Part shown: positions 40,551 through 50,087 of the stretch, piece after piece | How the letters are laid out: every line of letters begins with the position of its first letter | How positions within the stretch are numbered: position 1 is the stretch's first letter | Origin: an uncultured delta proteobacterium | Lineage (GTDB): Bacteria > Desulfobacterota > Desulfobacteria > Desulfobacterales > SG8-13 | Direction: 5' to 3' | NCBI GenBank assembly: GCA_963848135.1 | Contig: CAWKCK010000001.1 | Span: 124,001 to 188,000, forward strand | DNA: 64,000 nt | Position numbers and translations under genes: made by a program | The notes under the pieces: model-generated | The model's input: the letters and a program-made list of their open reading frames with translations, nothing else | Database searches by the model: none | Told to the model about the DNA's origin: nothing

Positions 40551-41030
40551 ATGAAGGTTTTTCAGTGCAATAAATGTTTTCAGCCCATTTTCTTTGAAAA
40601 TACTGTTTGTGAAAAATGTGGATCTTCACTGGGTTACTTAAGCCGTCATAATGTTCTGAGCACCCTTGTCGAGAAGGGAGAAACTTGGCAGGCTCTCGCG
40701 TATCCCGACACATTCTACCGCTACTGTAAAAACCATGATTATGGTGCCTGTAATTGGCTTGTCCCGGCGGCGAGCGGAAAAACGCTTTGCACGGCATGTG
40801 AATTAAACGGAACAATTCCTAATCTTGTGAATTCCAAACATCTTAGGGCGTGGCAGGATCTCGAATATGCAAAGCACCTGCTTATTTATAGCTTCCTCCG
40901 CTTTGGACTGCCGCTGGAAAACAAATCCGAAGCCCCCGAGACCGGGCTTTCCTTCGATTTTCTCTCTCAAAAGATAAATCTGAAAAGTTCTAATAACTAT
41001 TCAGATTATCAGAGTATTTTTGTCTATTGA
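40551..41030 (+). pseudogene. Truncated zinc-ribbon/putative metallopeptidase
   Basis: FQCNKCFQPIFFENTVCEKCG, CNWLV, CTACELN, GLSFDFL, then unrelated tail; HEXXH half absent. Confidence 0.75.
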
Positions 41031-41137
41031 TAGCGTATCCTCTTCAAAATGCTCACTTATCACACATAAACTCCGCTTTTTCGCCGGATTTTGCCTTGTC
41101 TTGCCCTCGCTCATGACATTTTTCAACACACTGTTAA
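41031..41137. mobile_element. Partial MITE/IS-end remnant
   Basis: ATGCTCAC...AACTCCGCTTTT...GCCTTG...TTTTTCAACACACTG, an IS-like terminus beside the truncation. Confidence 0.45.
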
Positions 41138-41147
41138 ACAGCGGGTA

Positions 41148-41657
41148 TCAGCAATGGCCCGAGTCGCCGCAATTACATCCTCCGTCGGCGCAATGGGAGC
41201 CGCATCCAGCGTGTTGCTGTGTGGCGGTTTCGCTGATGCCGACCACCTTGATCTTGAAAGTCAAGGACTGACCGGCCAGGGGATGGTTCAGGTCGAAAGT
41301 CACTTTTTCCTCGTCGATACTGTCAACTTTGGCAGGCATCTGTTGCCCCTGGGGCGTGCTCAGCATCAATACCTGGCCCACTTCAGGTGCCATCCCTTCG
41401 GGAATATCGGATCTGGGGAATTCATGCATCCGGCTGTCATCTCTCTGGCCATAAGCGTCTTCGGCAGAAAGTGTGAAGGTTTTGGTTTCATTGAGCGACA
41501 TGTCCATGAGGGCGGATTCGAAACCGGGCAGCACGCTGCCGGAACCCATTTCAACCTCCAAAGGTTGGCGACCTTCACTAGTGTCGAATATTTCGCCGCT
41601 ATCCAATGTCCCCTTGTAATCAACGCTTACGAACAATCCGTTGTCAACTTTTTCCAT
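41148..41657 (-). CDS. slyD: FKBP-type peptidyl-prolyl isomerase (SlyD-like)
   Basis: VDYKGTLDSGEIFDTS, AYGQRD, DLNHPLAGQSLTF, Cys/His tail. Confidence 0.92.
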   Translation of the reverse strand: MEKVDNGLFVSVDYKGTLDSGEIFDTSEGRQPLEVEMGSGSVLPGFESALMDMSLNETKTFTLSAEDAYGQRDDSRMHEFPRSDIPEGMAPEVGQVLMLSTPQGQQMPAKVDSIDEEKVTFDLNHPLAGQSLTFKIKVVGISETATQQHAGCGSHCADGGCNCGDSGHC

Positions 41658-41705
41658 TGAAAACTCCTTTAAAATTTAATCCGCCAGAGGCGGACGAGGG
41701 TTTAA

Positions 41706-41774
41706 TTCCCCGCCGCTTGCGGTGTTTCGTTGCCTTTACAGATACCCCGCTGCTCCGCGGCGGGGCAGTTCATT
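41706..41774. mobile_element. IS200/IS605-like end remnant (paired GC hairpins, no transposase)
   Basis: TTCCCCGCCGCTTGCGG and GATACCCCGCTGCTCCGCGGCGGGGCAGTTCATT. Confidence 0.5.
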
Positions 41775-42047
41775 TAAAAACTCGGGTCAACATTGGCACG
41801 ATTGCAATAAAGTCAAGGCGCCTCCTTCCGAGGCGAATTCCATCATGGTGGGCACCAATAACCTGGGAATGAGTTAAATGCGGAAAGAATGAGGAATTCT
41901 AAGTGCAGGTGGGACCCGGCAACCGCTGGCTGTCAACGAGTGAAATGCTGACATATGTTGCCAGTCGAAATTTATGATGGTAGCCGTTCCGGGGTTATCG
42001 AAAAACGCTCTAACCCGTTACTCAAATTATGTATAAACATCCGTACA

Positions 42048-42977
42048 TCATGGAACGAGCCAGATCGCGCAGTCGGAACCCCGGCTGATGATGTAGCGCG
42101 ATACCCGGCCCATGAAAAAGGCTTTTTCAGTGCCTCTCCGGCCGATCACCAGAGTACCACAGTTCTCTTTTTCTGCATATTTCAACACAGCTTTTCCGGT
42201 GTTGCCACCTTTTATGGTGATCGTTTCGATCTGTTTGTCTGAAATGCCGCTGTCTTTGAATTTTTGCAACGCATGGGCATAAAACTGATCGATGCAGGCT
42301 TTATCCCCCCTGGCGACAATTTCTTCCAAATCGTCGCCGGGTTCATCGCCGAAATCTACTTCGCAATAATCGCGGGCTCTGCTGGAAACATGTAAAAGTG
42401 TCAAATGAGCATCTGGTTTACCGGAGAGCATGAAGCTGAGGTGATCGATGGCGCGCAGTGAAGCTTCGGATCCATCGACGGCAATGACCAATCTGCTGCC
42501 GGTCACGTTGCCATCGACAAGCCAAACCGGTGTGACCTGCGAATGTTCGATAATATTGGCTGAGGCACTCTCCATGACCATTTCCTGCAGGCGGGTCAAT
42601 CCTCTGCGGCCAATAACGATGGCGTCATAGCGATTCTTCTGACTGTATTCGATAATGTCTTTGGCCAGGCCCAATTTCCTTTGCCGCGTGGCGATTTCGA
42701 TCCGTTCTTGATTGATGCCATGGCGCACCATTTCGTTACGCAGTTCATCGAGCAACCTGTGAGCGGATTCATTGTTCCTTTTCTGAAGCTTTTCCAGTTC
42801 AATTTTCGTTCTGATGTTCTTTTGGGCTTCATCACGTAAAAACAATGAGACCATCGGTTGGACATGAAAAAGGACATAGTGCAAATCAGGGATAAATGCT
42901 GATGCTTGAATGGCGTATTGGACCGCATTTTTCGAATGCCGCGAGTCATCTGCCGAAACGAGAACCTTTTTTCGCAT
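42048..42977 (-). CDS. Tandem-domain universal stress protein
   Basis: Two USP domains: DAIVIGRRG, IAVDGSEAS, LVIGRRG...FMGRVS. Confidence 0.93.
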   Translation of the reverse strand: MRKKVLVSADDSRHSKNAVQYAIQASAFIPDLHYVLFHVQPMVSLFLRDEAQKNIRTKIELEKLQKRNNESAHRLLDELRNEMVRHGINQERIEIATRQRKLGLAKDIIEYSQKNRYDAIVIGRRGLTRLQEMVMESASANIIEHSQVTPVWLVDGNVTGSRLVIAVDGSEASLRAIDHLSFMLSGKPDAHLTLLHVSSRARDYCEVDFGDEPGDDLEEIVARGDKACIDQFYAHALQKFKDSGISDKQIETITIKGGNTGKAVLKYAEKENCGTLVIGRRGTEKAFFMGRVSRYIISRGSDCAIWLVP

Positions 42978-43006
42978 GGAATGTCCTCCGTAGATTATTT
43001 ATTCAT

Positions 43007-43193
43007 AGGTTGAGCGGTTGAAAGTTCACGGTTCCCAGCTAAAGTGCCATAACTGGTCTCTATCAATCGTATTCTGCATCAATGGGGTTGAATTCTATGT
43101 TTCCCCCAATGGATTACAGCTATCAATCCAAACAATGAAGTGGAAAGTTAAAGATATCAAAATTTTATAACCTTTGAAGCTTGAAATCTGAAT
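43007..43193. repeat. Element bounded by inverted ~7-mer tandem repeats
   Basis: GGTTGAGCGGTTGAAAGTTCACGGTTC ... AACCTTTGAAGCTTGAAATCTGAAT. Confidence 0.5.
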
Positions 43194-43593
43194 CCCGCCT
43201 GGGCGGGAAGCCAATCACTTTAGGACATTCTATCCTTATACGTTTCTTTACAAAATATCCTGGTTATGATTACAAACTATTAAATAAATATACTGCATTG
43301 AATTGGGCTTGCAAGTCCTTTTTGAATTATCACTTCCTCATGCGGTATTCCGCAAACAATAGGACAGGACATACCTTACTTCCGATATCCGGCATGGGGC
43401 CATTCGGTAATGGGCAGAATGTTCCCAGAGGCTTCGATCGGGATCGCAATCGCGTGAATATCGTTTGTGAAGAGAGACAATAGGAACCCATCCAACAGAG
43501 CCGCCTGGGAGATTTAAATTTATCTGGAGAGGAAGGGGTAAAAAGCTTTTCTCGAATACTTCATACAAACACCACTAACGATAGGAGATGAAA

Positions 43594-43899
43594 ATGTCGG
43601 TGAATAGAGAAGACCTTTTGGAACAGCTGAAGAAAAAATTCGACGACCTGAACTACCGCTGGAACATCGAGCGCAACAACCTTGAAGCCAATGCCCAGCA
43701 TGCAAGTGCTGAGGCACGCAAGAAATTTGAGGAGAAACAGAGGGAGTTCACCATAATTCGCAACGATATGAAAGAAAAAATCAGTGCTCTCGAAGTTGCC
43801 AGTGAAAACGCCTGGGAAGATCTGAAGGATGGCGCGGAGAAAACTTGGAATGCGCTGAGCGAGGCCTTTGACAAAGCGAGTTCCCACTTCCGAAAATAA
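43594..43899 (+). CDS. Coiled-coil stress protein (Sll1863-like)
   Basis: ASENAWEDLKDGAEKTWNALSEAFDKASSHF; similar to 21411. Confidence 0.85.
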   Translation: MSVNREDLLEQLKKKFDDLNYRWNIERNNLEANAQHASAEARKKFEEKQREFTIIRNDMKEKISALEVASENAWEDLKDGAEKTWNALSEAFDKASSHFRK

Positions 43900-43998
43900 T
43901 ACCACTGTGCCTTTACCAAACTGATTCCGGTAATGCGTGCTAACCTCTGCTGCCAAATCCTCAGACCATGCAGGGCGTCTTAGATAGGCATAAAACTC

Positions 43999-45435
43999 GT
44001 GAACTCAGAATCGATTATCACAATAATTGCCATCGCCGTGACCTTGGTAGAGATCCTCGGCATCCTTACGGCTGTCCATGCGGTGATGAATACCCGGACA
44101 TCTCAGGGGGCCATTGCCTGGGGCATATCGCTGGTGACTTTTCCCTGGTTGGCCCTTCCGCTATATGCCGTTTTCGGCCGCAGCAAATTTAAAGGGTATG
44201 CGACCATACGCCACTTCAGGGATGAAAAGGCCCGTCAAGTGATTGAAGAATGCCATAAGGAGGCGGTCGAAAAGGACCTGGTCCCTAAGGACCGATCAAA
44301 ATTGGAAGGCGCCCTCAGCAAACTGGTGGATTTGCCGATCACGAGATTCAACAAAAGTCGGTTGCTGGTGGACGGTGAGGTTACCTTTCAAAGCATTTTC
44401 GATGGTATTGAAACTGCCAAAGATTACGTTCTGGTTGAGTTTTTCATCATCAAGGATGACACTTTAGGCCGGGAGCTGAAATCCCGGCTTATCAGCAAAG
44501 CCAGGGAAAAAGTTAGAGTCTTTTTTCTGTATGATGAAATCGGCAGCCACAAACTGCCATCGAGCTACACCCGGGAAATGAAGGCAGCGGGAATTTTCAC
44601 TTCGGCGTTTCACACCACCCAGGGGAAAACCAACCAGTTCCAGCTCAACTTCCGAAATCATCGGAAGATTGTCATCGTGGATGGAAAAACCGCCTATGTG
44701 GGAGGGCACAATGTCGGCGATGAATACGTGTCGGGGCATTCCACCTTGGGCCCCTGGCGAGATACCCATGTCGAGCTGACAGGGCCGGTGGTGCAGGAAG
44801 TCCAATTTTGTTTCATCCAGGATTGGTTTTGGGCCACCTCCCGCATGCCCGATCTCAATTGGCAATTGACAAAATCGGATGGTGGCTTTGAAGAAACGCT
44901 TATCATTCCGTCCGGCCCTGCCGATCCTTTTGATACTTGTGCACTCATGTTCACGCATGCCATCAACTCTGCCCGGGAGCGGATATGGATAGCGAGCCCT
45001 TATTTCGTCCCCGACAGCCAAATCATCGGGGCTTTGAAGCTGGCGGCGCTCAGGGGGGTGGATGTGCGAATTCTACTTCCTGAAAAACCGGACCACCGCG
45101 TGGTGTATCTGGCGTCCTTTGCCTTTTACCAAAATACCATTCCCCTCGGGATTCAGCTTTACCGTTTCACAGCCGGGTTCATGCACCAGAAAGTATTTTT
45201 GGTGGATTCGACCTGCGCCGCTGTTGGAACGGCCAACCTGGACAATCGGTCTTTCCGCCTGAATTTTGAGCTGACATTTCTCAATTATGATCGAGCCTTC
45301 ATCGATCAAATCGATGATATGCTTCAGAATGATTTTGCCCGCAGCCGGACGGCGACATTGGAGGATTACACCGAGACACCATTTTACTTCCGGCTGGCGG
45401 TTCGGTTTGCGAGTCTATTGTCACCGATACTTTAA
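43999..45435 (+). CDS. cls: Cardiolipin synthase
   Basis: Two N-terminal TMs, two HKD motifs (RNHRKIVIVDG, MHQKVFLVD), SPYFVP, NLDNRSFRLNFE. Confidence 0.95.
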   Translation: MNSESIITIIAIAVTLVEILGILTAVHAVMNTRTSQGAIAWGISLVTFPWLALPLYAVFGRSKFKGYATIRHFRDEKARQVIEECHKEAVEKDLVPKDRSKLEGALSKLVDLPITRFNKSRLLVDGEVTFQSIFDGIETAKDYVLVEFFIIKDDTLGRELKSRLISKAREKVRVFFLYDEIGSHKLPSSYTREMKAAGIFTSAFHTTQGKTNQFQLNFRNHRKIVIVDGKTAYVGGHNVGDEYVSGHSTLGPWRDTHVELTGPVVQEVQFCFIQDWFWATSRMPDLNWQLTKSDGGFEETLIIPSGPADPFDTCALMFTHAINSARERIWIASPYFVPDSQIIGALKLAALRGVDVRILLPEKPDHRVVYLASFAFYQNTIPLGIQLYRFTAGFMHQKVFLVDSTCAAVGTANLDNRSFRLNFELTFLNYDRAFIDQIDDMLQNDFARSRTATLEDYTETPFYFRLAVRFASLLSPIL

Positions 45436-45554
45436 CTGACCATCACTAAATACGGCATTTGATCAGACGGTATCCATGGCTGTTCCGCCGGAACGCTCCT
45501 GTGCCCCCAGCGAAAGAGCTCATTGAGTTCGATTTTGATATGAGAAAAAAACGC

Positions 45555-45584
45555 TTGACAATCCGGGGCGGTATCCGGTAGCAT
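45555..45584 (+). promoter_or_regulatory. Putative sigma70 promoter of the trp operon
   Basis: TTGACA-N18-TAGCAT upstream of the leader ORF. Confidence 0.55.
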
Positions 45585-45625
45585 CCACGAAAATTTTGGG
45601 TAGAGATTCCATGCAATACATGCCA

Positions 45626-45709
45626 ATGACCATAAATCAAACCGAAATCGATCTTACCTGCTGGTGGTGGTGGGCCATGATACTTGGGCTCGCCAGCGGG
45701 AGGAATTAG
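45626..45709 (+). CDS. trpL: trp operon leader peptide (4 consecutive Trp)
   Basis: MTINQTEIDLTCWWWWAMILGLASGRN*; alternative in-frame starts at 45611 and 45620; TGG x4 at 45662-45673. Confidence 0.88.
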   Translation: MTINQTEIDLTCWWWWAMILGLASGRN

Positions 45710-45733
45710 GCCAAATAAACATTAAATAGCACC

Positions 45734-45770
45734 AAAACCGTGGGCAGCCCAAAAGCTCCCGCGGTTTTTT
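45734..45770 (+). terminator. Attenuator terminator (3:4 hairpin)
   Basis: AAAACCGTGGGCAGC-CCAAAA-GCTCCCGCGGTTTTTT; its 5' arm can alternatively pair with 45684-45699. Confidence 0.82.
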
Positions 45771-45777
45771 AATATAT

Positions 45778-45812
45778 AAGGGCCGGGGAGCAACCCCGGC
45801 CCTTTTGTTTTT
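45778..45812 (+). terminator. Second terminator-like hairpin before trpE
   Basis: AAGGGCCGGGG-AGCAA-CCCCGGCCCTT followed by TTGTTTTT. Confidence 0.65.
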
Positions 45813-45850
45813 GTACATAACTTTGTGACTCTCCATGAAAGGTGAGGCAG

Positions 45851-47329
45851 ATGCGACTGCGGCAGTTTCCCGGAAAAGATAATTTTATCGAACTTACCCG
45901 AACAGCGAACGTCGTTCCGGTGGGACTCGAAATACTGGCGGATATGGATACACCGGTGACGATCATGCGCAAGATTTATTCCAACGCAGGTCCTGCATTT
46001 CTCTTCGAAAGTGTCGAAGGCGGAGAGCGCTGGGGACGGTTTAGTTTTCTCGCTACCGCTTCTCGCAGCCAGCTCAAAATATTCAGAGACCGTGTTGAGA
46101 TCCAGCAAAAGGGGACCACGCGTGATGAATCCCACCACGGTGACCCCATGGGATATCTGCGCAATTATATGAAACAATTTCAACCGGCGGTCATTCCGGA
46201 ACTGCCTCGATTCTGGGGCGGCCTGGTGGGCTACTTGACCTACGAGGCGGTCTCTTTTTTCGAAAAAATTCCCAATGACCTGTCGGAGAAAGAGCCCTTG
46301 GCGCATTTCATGGTTCCGGAAGAGATACTGATCTTCGACAATATCTCCAACACCCTCATGATCGTGGCCCTTTGTTTCATGGAAGACGAACCTGATGGGG
46401 CCGCAGCCTACAAGGCAGCCCTCGAGCGGATCGAAAATTTGGTCGCCCGTATCGAGCAACCGGTAAATGAAGAGTGTTCGTCTGTCCTGCAAAAGGGCTG
46501 CCGGTTAGCGGCCGTGATCGATGATGATAGCTTCCGGCGCAAGGTGATAAAAACCAAAGAGTATATTCGAGCCGGTGACATCATTCAGGCCGTGATATCG
46601 CAATTGTTCACTTGCCAGCCGGCACCCGATCTGCTTTCCTTGTATCGATCCCAGCGCTATATCAACCCGTCCCCCTATCTCTTTTTCCTCCACCTCGATG
46701 GAACGGCACTGATTGGTTCGTCTCCGGAAACCATGGTGCGCCTGGAAAATAGTGTGGCTACACTCAGGCCGATCGCCGGCACCCGGCCGAGGGGCAGTTC
46801 CGAACAGGAGGATCGAAATCTCGCCGACGAGCTGCTTAAAGACGATAAAGAGCGGGCCGAACATCTCATGCTGGTCGATCTGGGGCGCAACGACCTGGGA
46901 CGGGTGGCCGAGACCGGGACCGTCCAGGTGACCGATCTGATGGTGGTGGAACGATACTCCCACGTCATGCACCTGGTGTCCAACATCTGTTGCGATTTGC
47001 GAGCCGATTGCGATGTCTGGGATCTGATTCCGGCAGCCTTTCCGACCGGTACCCTTTCAGGGGCACCCAAGGTGCGGGCGATGGAAATCATTTCCGAACT
47101 CGAAGAAGAGCCCCGCGGACCATACGGGGGTGCCGTGGGCTACGTATCATTTAATGGCAACATGGACATGGCCATTACGATCCGCACGGCCTGCGTCGAA
47201 AACGGTCGGCTGACGGTGCGGGCCGGTGCCGGCATTGTCGCCGATTCCGATCCTGAACGCGAGCGCATGGAGACGGTCAACAAGGCCATGGCCATCCAGA
47301 AGGCGTTAGAGCTGCTTTGCAGAACCTAA
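45851..47329 (+). CDS. trpE: Anthranilate synthase component I
   Basis: LFESVEGGERWGRFS, NPSPY, SSPE, KERAEHLMLVDLGRND, GTLSGAPKVRAM. Confidence 0.96.
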   Translation: MRLRQFPGKDNFIELTRTANVVPVGLEILADMDTPVTIMRKIYSNAGPAFLFESVEGGERWGRFSFLATASRSQLKIFRDRVEIQQKGTTRDESHHGDPMGYLRNYMKQFQPAVIPELPRFWGGLVGYLTYEAVSFFEKIPNDLSEKEPLAHFMVPEEILIFDNISNTLMIVALCFMEDEPDGAAAYKAALERIENLVARIEQPVNEECSSVLQKGCRLAAVIDDDSFRRKVIKTKEYIRAGDIIQAVISQLFTCQPAPDLLSLYRSQRYINPSPYLFFLHLDGTALIGSSPETMVRLENSVATLRPIAGTRPRGSSEQEDRNLADELLKDDKERAEHLMLVDLGRNDLGRVAETGTVQVTDLMVVERYSHVMHLVSNICCDLRADCDVWDLIPAAFPTGTLSGAPKVRAMEIISELEEEPRGPYGGAVGYVSFNGNMDMAITIRTACVENGRLTVRAGAGIVADSDPERERMETVNKAMAIQKALELLCRT

Positions 47330-47342
47330 ACGAGTCGTTTCC

Positions 47343-47600
47343 GGGTTCTGGGTTCAAGGTTCAATGGTTCTATCTAAATGAAAATGAGAACAATTCTTAC
47401 AAAGAGGTGCGATAGTCAACACGGCCCATAGGGTGTTTTTTAGAGCACAACTGAAAGCAAACATCCTGAGGTTGCACCTGAAAAGGATTCTACAACCCTG
47501 AACATAGAACGGTGAACCGCTCAACCCACTTAGAAGTTAACCAGTGGTTGGAACTGCCGTAACCGGCTAAACGGGCCAGCGGGCTCACCGGCTCAACCGA
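47343..47600. repeat. Inverted 7-mer tandem arrays plus an ~8-mer array in the trpE-trpG spacer
   Basis: GGGTTCT GGGTTCA AGGTTCA ATGGTTC ... AACCCTG AACATAG AACGGTG AACCGCT; AACCGGCT AAACGGGC CAGCGGGC TCACCGGC. Confidence 0.65.
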
Positions 47601-47622
47601 TCTGCAGAATAGGAGTTTCATC

Positions 47623-48189
47623 ATGATCGCCGTCATCGACAACTATGATTCTTTTACCTATAACCTGGTGCAATATTTGAAGGTCATCGGATCGGAGGTC
47701 ATGGTGTTTCGCAACGATGCCGTCTCGCTTGATGAGCTGGAGGAGATGGCCCTTTCAGGAATCGTCATATCTCCCGGGCCGGGTCGACCGGAGACGGCCG
47801 GGATTTCAATGCCGCTGATCACGAAATTTTCCGGCAAAATTCCGATCCTGGGCGTCTGCCTCGGTCACCAGTCAATAGCTGCGGCCATGGGGGGCAGGGT
47901 CGTATCCGCCAAACGACTGATGCACGGCAAGACATCTGCGGTTACTACCGATGGGTTGTCGATTTTCAAGGGCATCAAATCCCCGTTCTCGGCGATGCGT
48001 TACCATTCTCTGGCGGTTGAGAAGGCGACTCTACCGGATTGCCTGGTCGTCACTGCCGAGGCGGATGATGGCGAAATCATGGGTATCAGGCATAAGTCGC
48101 AGGCGACCGAGGGGATCCAGTTCCATCCGGAGTCGATAATGACACCGGTCGGGAAACGACTGTTACGGAATTTCGTCAATCAAACATAA
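47623..48189 (+). CDS. trpG: Anthranilate synthase component II (glutamine amidotransferase)
   Basis: IDNYDSFTYNL, SPGPG, GVCLGHQ, RYHSL, QFHPES. Confidence 0.97.
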   Translation: MIAVIDNYDSFTYNLVQYLKVIGSEVMVFRNDAVSLDELEEMALSGIVISPGPGRPETAGISMPLITKFSGKIPILGVCLGHQSIAAAMGGRVVSAKRLMHGKTSAVTTDGLSIFKGIKSPFSAMRYHSLAVEKATLPDCLVVTAEADDGEIMGIRHKSQATEGIQFHPESIMTPVGKRLLRNFVNQT

Positions 48190-48252
48190 TATTTCCGACC
48201 GATGAGTGGTTAGGGCCAAAGCATCCTGGAACCTTTAGAAAGGGGAGGGCCA

Positions 48253-49269
48253 ATGTATCGTGACTATCTGACAAAGATCATCGATAGAAAAAACCTGACG
48301 CAGTCCGAGATGTCGGAGATGATCCGCCTGATTTTCTCCGGGGAGGTGACCGACTCCCAGGTAGGCGCATTTATGGCCGCACTGGCGACGAAGGGCGAGA
48401 CTTTTGAAGAGCTCGCCGGCGCGGCTCAGGCGATGCGCCGCAAGGCCATACGCATCGAGGTGCCGGGGCAGACGGTGGTGGACACCTGCGGCACCGGTGG
48501 TGATGGGGCCAACACCTTCAACATATCCACCACCACGGCATTTGTCGTGGCCGGTTGTGGTGTGACGGTCGCCAAACACGGCAATCGCAGCGTATCGAGT
48601 CAATGCGGCAGCGCCGATCTGCTGGAGAATTTGGGAATCAATCTCAATACCGCCCCGGAGATTGTCGAAGAGGCCATTGCCGAAATCGGGATCGGGTTCC
48701 TGTTTGCGCCGCTTTACCACGGTGCCATGAAATACGCCATGACGGCCAGAAAAGAGGTGGGTGTCCGCAGCATATTTAACATGCTGGGACCGCTCACAAA
48801 CCCGGCCGGCGCCAACTGCCAGCTGCTGGGTGTATACGCGCCGCAATTGACGGAAATGTTTGCCGAGGCCTTAAAAATGCTGGGGAGCCGCCGGGCTTTT
48901 GTGGTTCACGGCCACGACGGTCTGGACGAGATTTCCGTTTGCGCGTCAACGCGGGTCGCCGAACTGGCTGGCGGGCAGATTCGTACCTACGATATATCAC
49001 CGGAGCAGTTTTTCGGAGAAGCGGCCGATCCGGATGAGCTGGTCGGCGGAGATCCGGCGCGAAACGCCGAGATCACCCGCAGTGTGCTGGGAGGCGAGAG
49101 AGGTCCCCGACGGAACGTTATCCTGCTCAATGCCGCGGCCGCATTGGTGGCCGCCGACAAGGCGAGCGATTTTTCGGCAGCTATCCGCATGGCGGAAGAG
49201 GCCATCGATTCAGGAGCGGCCACCGGCAAGCTGGAAGCCTTGGCGGCCTTCACAAAGGAAAACGGGTAA
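48253..49269 (+). CDS. trpD: Anthranilate phosphoribosyltransferase
   Basis: DTCGTGGDG, NISTT, KHGNRSVSS, GLDEIS. Confidence 0.97.
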   Translation: MYRDYLTKIIDRKNLTQSEMSEMIRLIFSGEVTDSQVGAFMAALATKGETFEELAGAAQAMRRKAIRIEVPGQTVVDTCGTGGDGANTFNISTTTAFVVAGCGVTVAKHGNRSVSSQCGSADLLENLGINLNTAPEIVEEAIAEIGIGFLFAPLYHGAMKYAMTARKEVGVRSIFNMLGPLTNPAGANCQLLGVYAPQLTEMFAEALKMLGSRRAFVVHGHDGLDEISVCASTRVAELAGGQIRTYDISPEQFFGEAADPDELVGGDPARNAEITRSVLGGERGPRRNVILLNAAAALVAADKASDFSAAIRMAEEAIDSGAATGKLEALAAFTKENG

Positions 49270-50087
49270 TGAGCCTGCACATCCTGGATCGCATTGTCGC
49301 GAAGAAAAAAGCCGAGGTTGCCGAGGCGAAAAAGGCGATTCCCTTAGACCGCCTCCTTAAGTTCGCCGAAAAGCGGAACGACTATCGACCTTTTTTGACC
49401 GCACTGTCCCAACCGGGTCCCCACGGCGTGAATATCATCGCTGAAGTCAAACGGGCGTCCCCCTCAAAAGGGGTGATCCGTGCCGACCTCGATCCGGCCG
49501 ATTATGCCCGCCGATATGAATCCGCAAGAGCGGCGGCCATGTCGGTACTGACGGACCGGGGGTTTTTCAATGGGAGTGCCGACGACCTGAGCAGCGCCCG
49601 GGCAGCGGTCGAACTGCCGGTATTGCGCAAAGACTTCATTATTTCTTCTTACCAGGTTTACGAAACGGTCGCCCTTGGTGCAGATGCCATTCTTTTGATC
49701 GTACGAATCCTCTCGGACCAGCAGCTCAGAGATTACTTGGCTTTGAGTCGGGCGCTGCAGGTCGATGCCCTGGTCGAGGTTCATTCGGAAGTGGAGTATG
49801 ACATCGCTTCAGAGGCCGGTGCATTGCTGATCGGCGTCAACAACCGTGATCTCGATGTCTTCAAAACCGACATCAACACATCGGTCCGGCTGGCAAAACG
49901 GTTTTTGCCCGGTCAAATCGGTGTGGCCGAAAGTGGGATTCACTCCCGAAATGATATTCTGAAAATTCGCGATGCCGGTATTTTTAACTTTCTCATCGGC
50001 GAGAGCCTCGTCAGGGCGGATGACACCCGCGGGTTCATGGAGAATTTGATGGGAATAAAAGAAAAACAAGGGATTGGCTTTGAATAG
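49269..50087 (+). CDS. trpC: Indole-3-glycerol phosphate synthase
   Basis: IAEVKRASPSKG, SVLTD, LRKDF, GVNNRDL, AESGI. Confidence 0.97.
   Translation: MSLHILDRIVAKKKAEVAEAKKAIPLDRLLKFAEKRNDYRPFLTALSQPGPHGVNIIAEVKRASPSKGVIRADLDPADYARRYESARAAAMSVLTDRGFFNGSADDLSSARAAVELPVLRKDFIISSYQVYETVALGADAILLIVRILSDQQLRDYLALSRALQVDALVEVHSEVEYDIASEAGALLIGVNNRDLDVFKTDINTSVRLAKRFLPGQIGVAESGIHSRNDILKIRDAGIFNFLIGESLVRADDTRGFMENLMGIKEKQGIGFE

Noticed and set aside
41895..42005. Riboswitch-like GATGGTAGCCG...GGTTATCG upstream of slyD
   Set aside because: Only a partial 3' resemblance, on the wrong strand for slyD, with no P2 elements.
47343..47600. Possible CRISPR-like array
   Set aside because: Units are 7-8 bp with no unique spacers and no cas genes.
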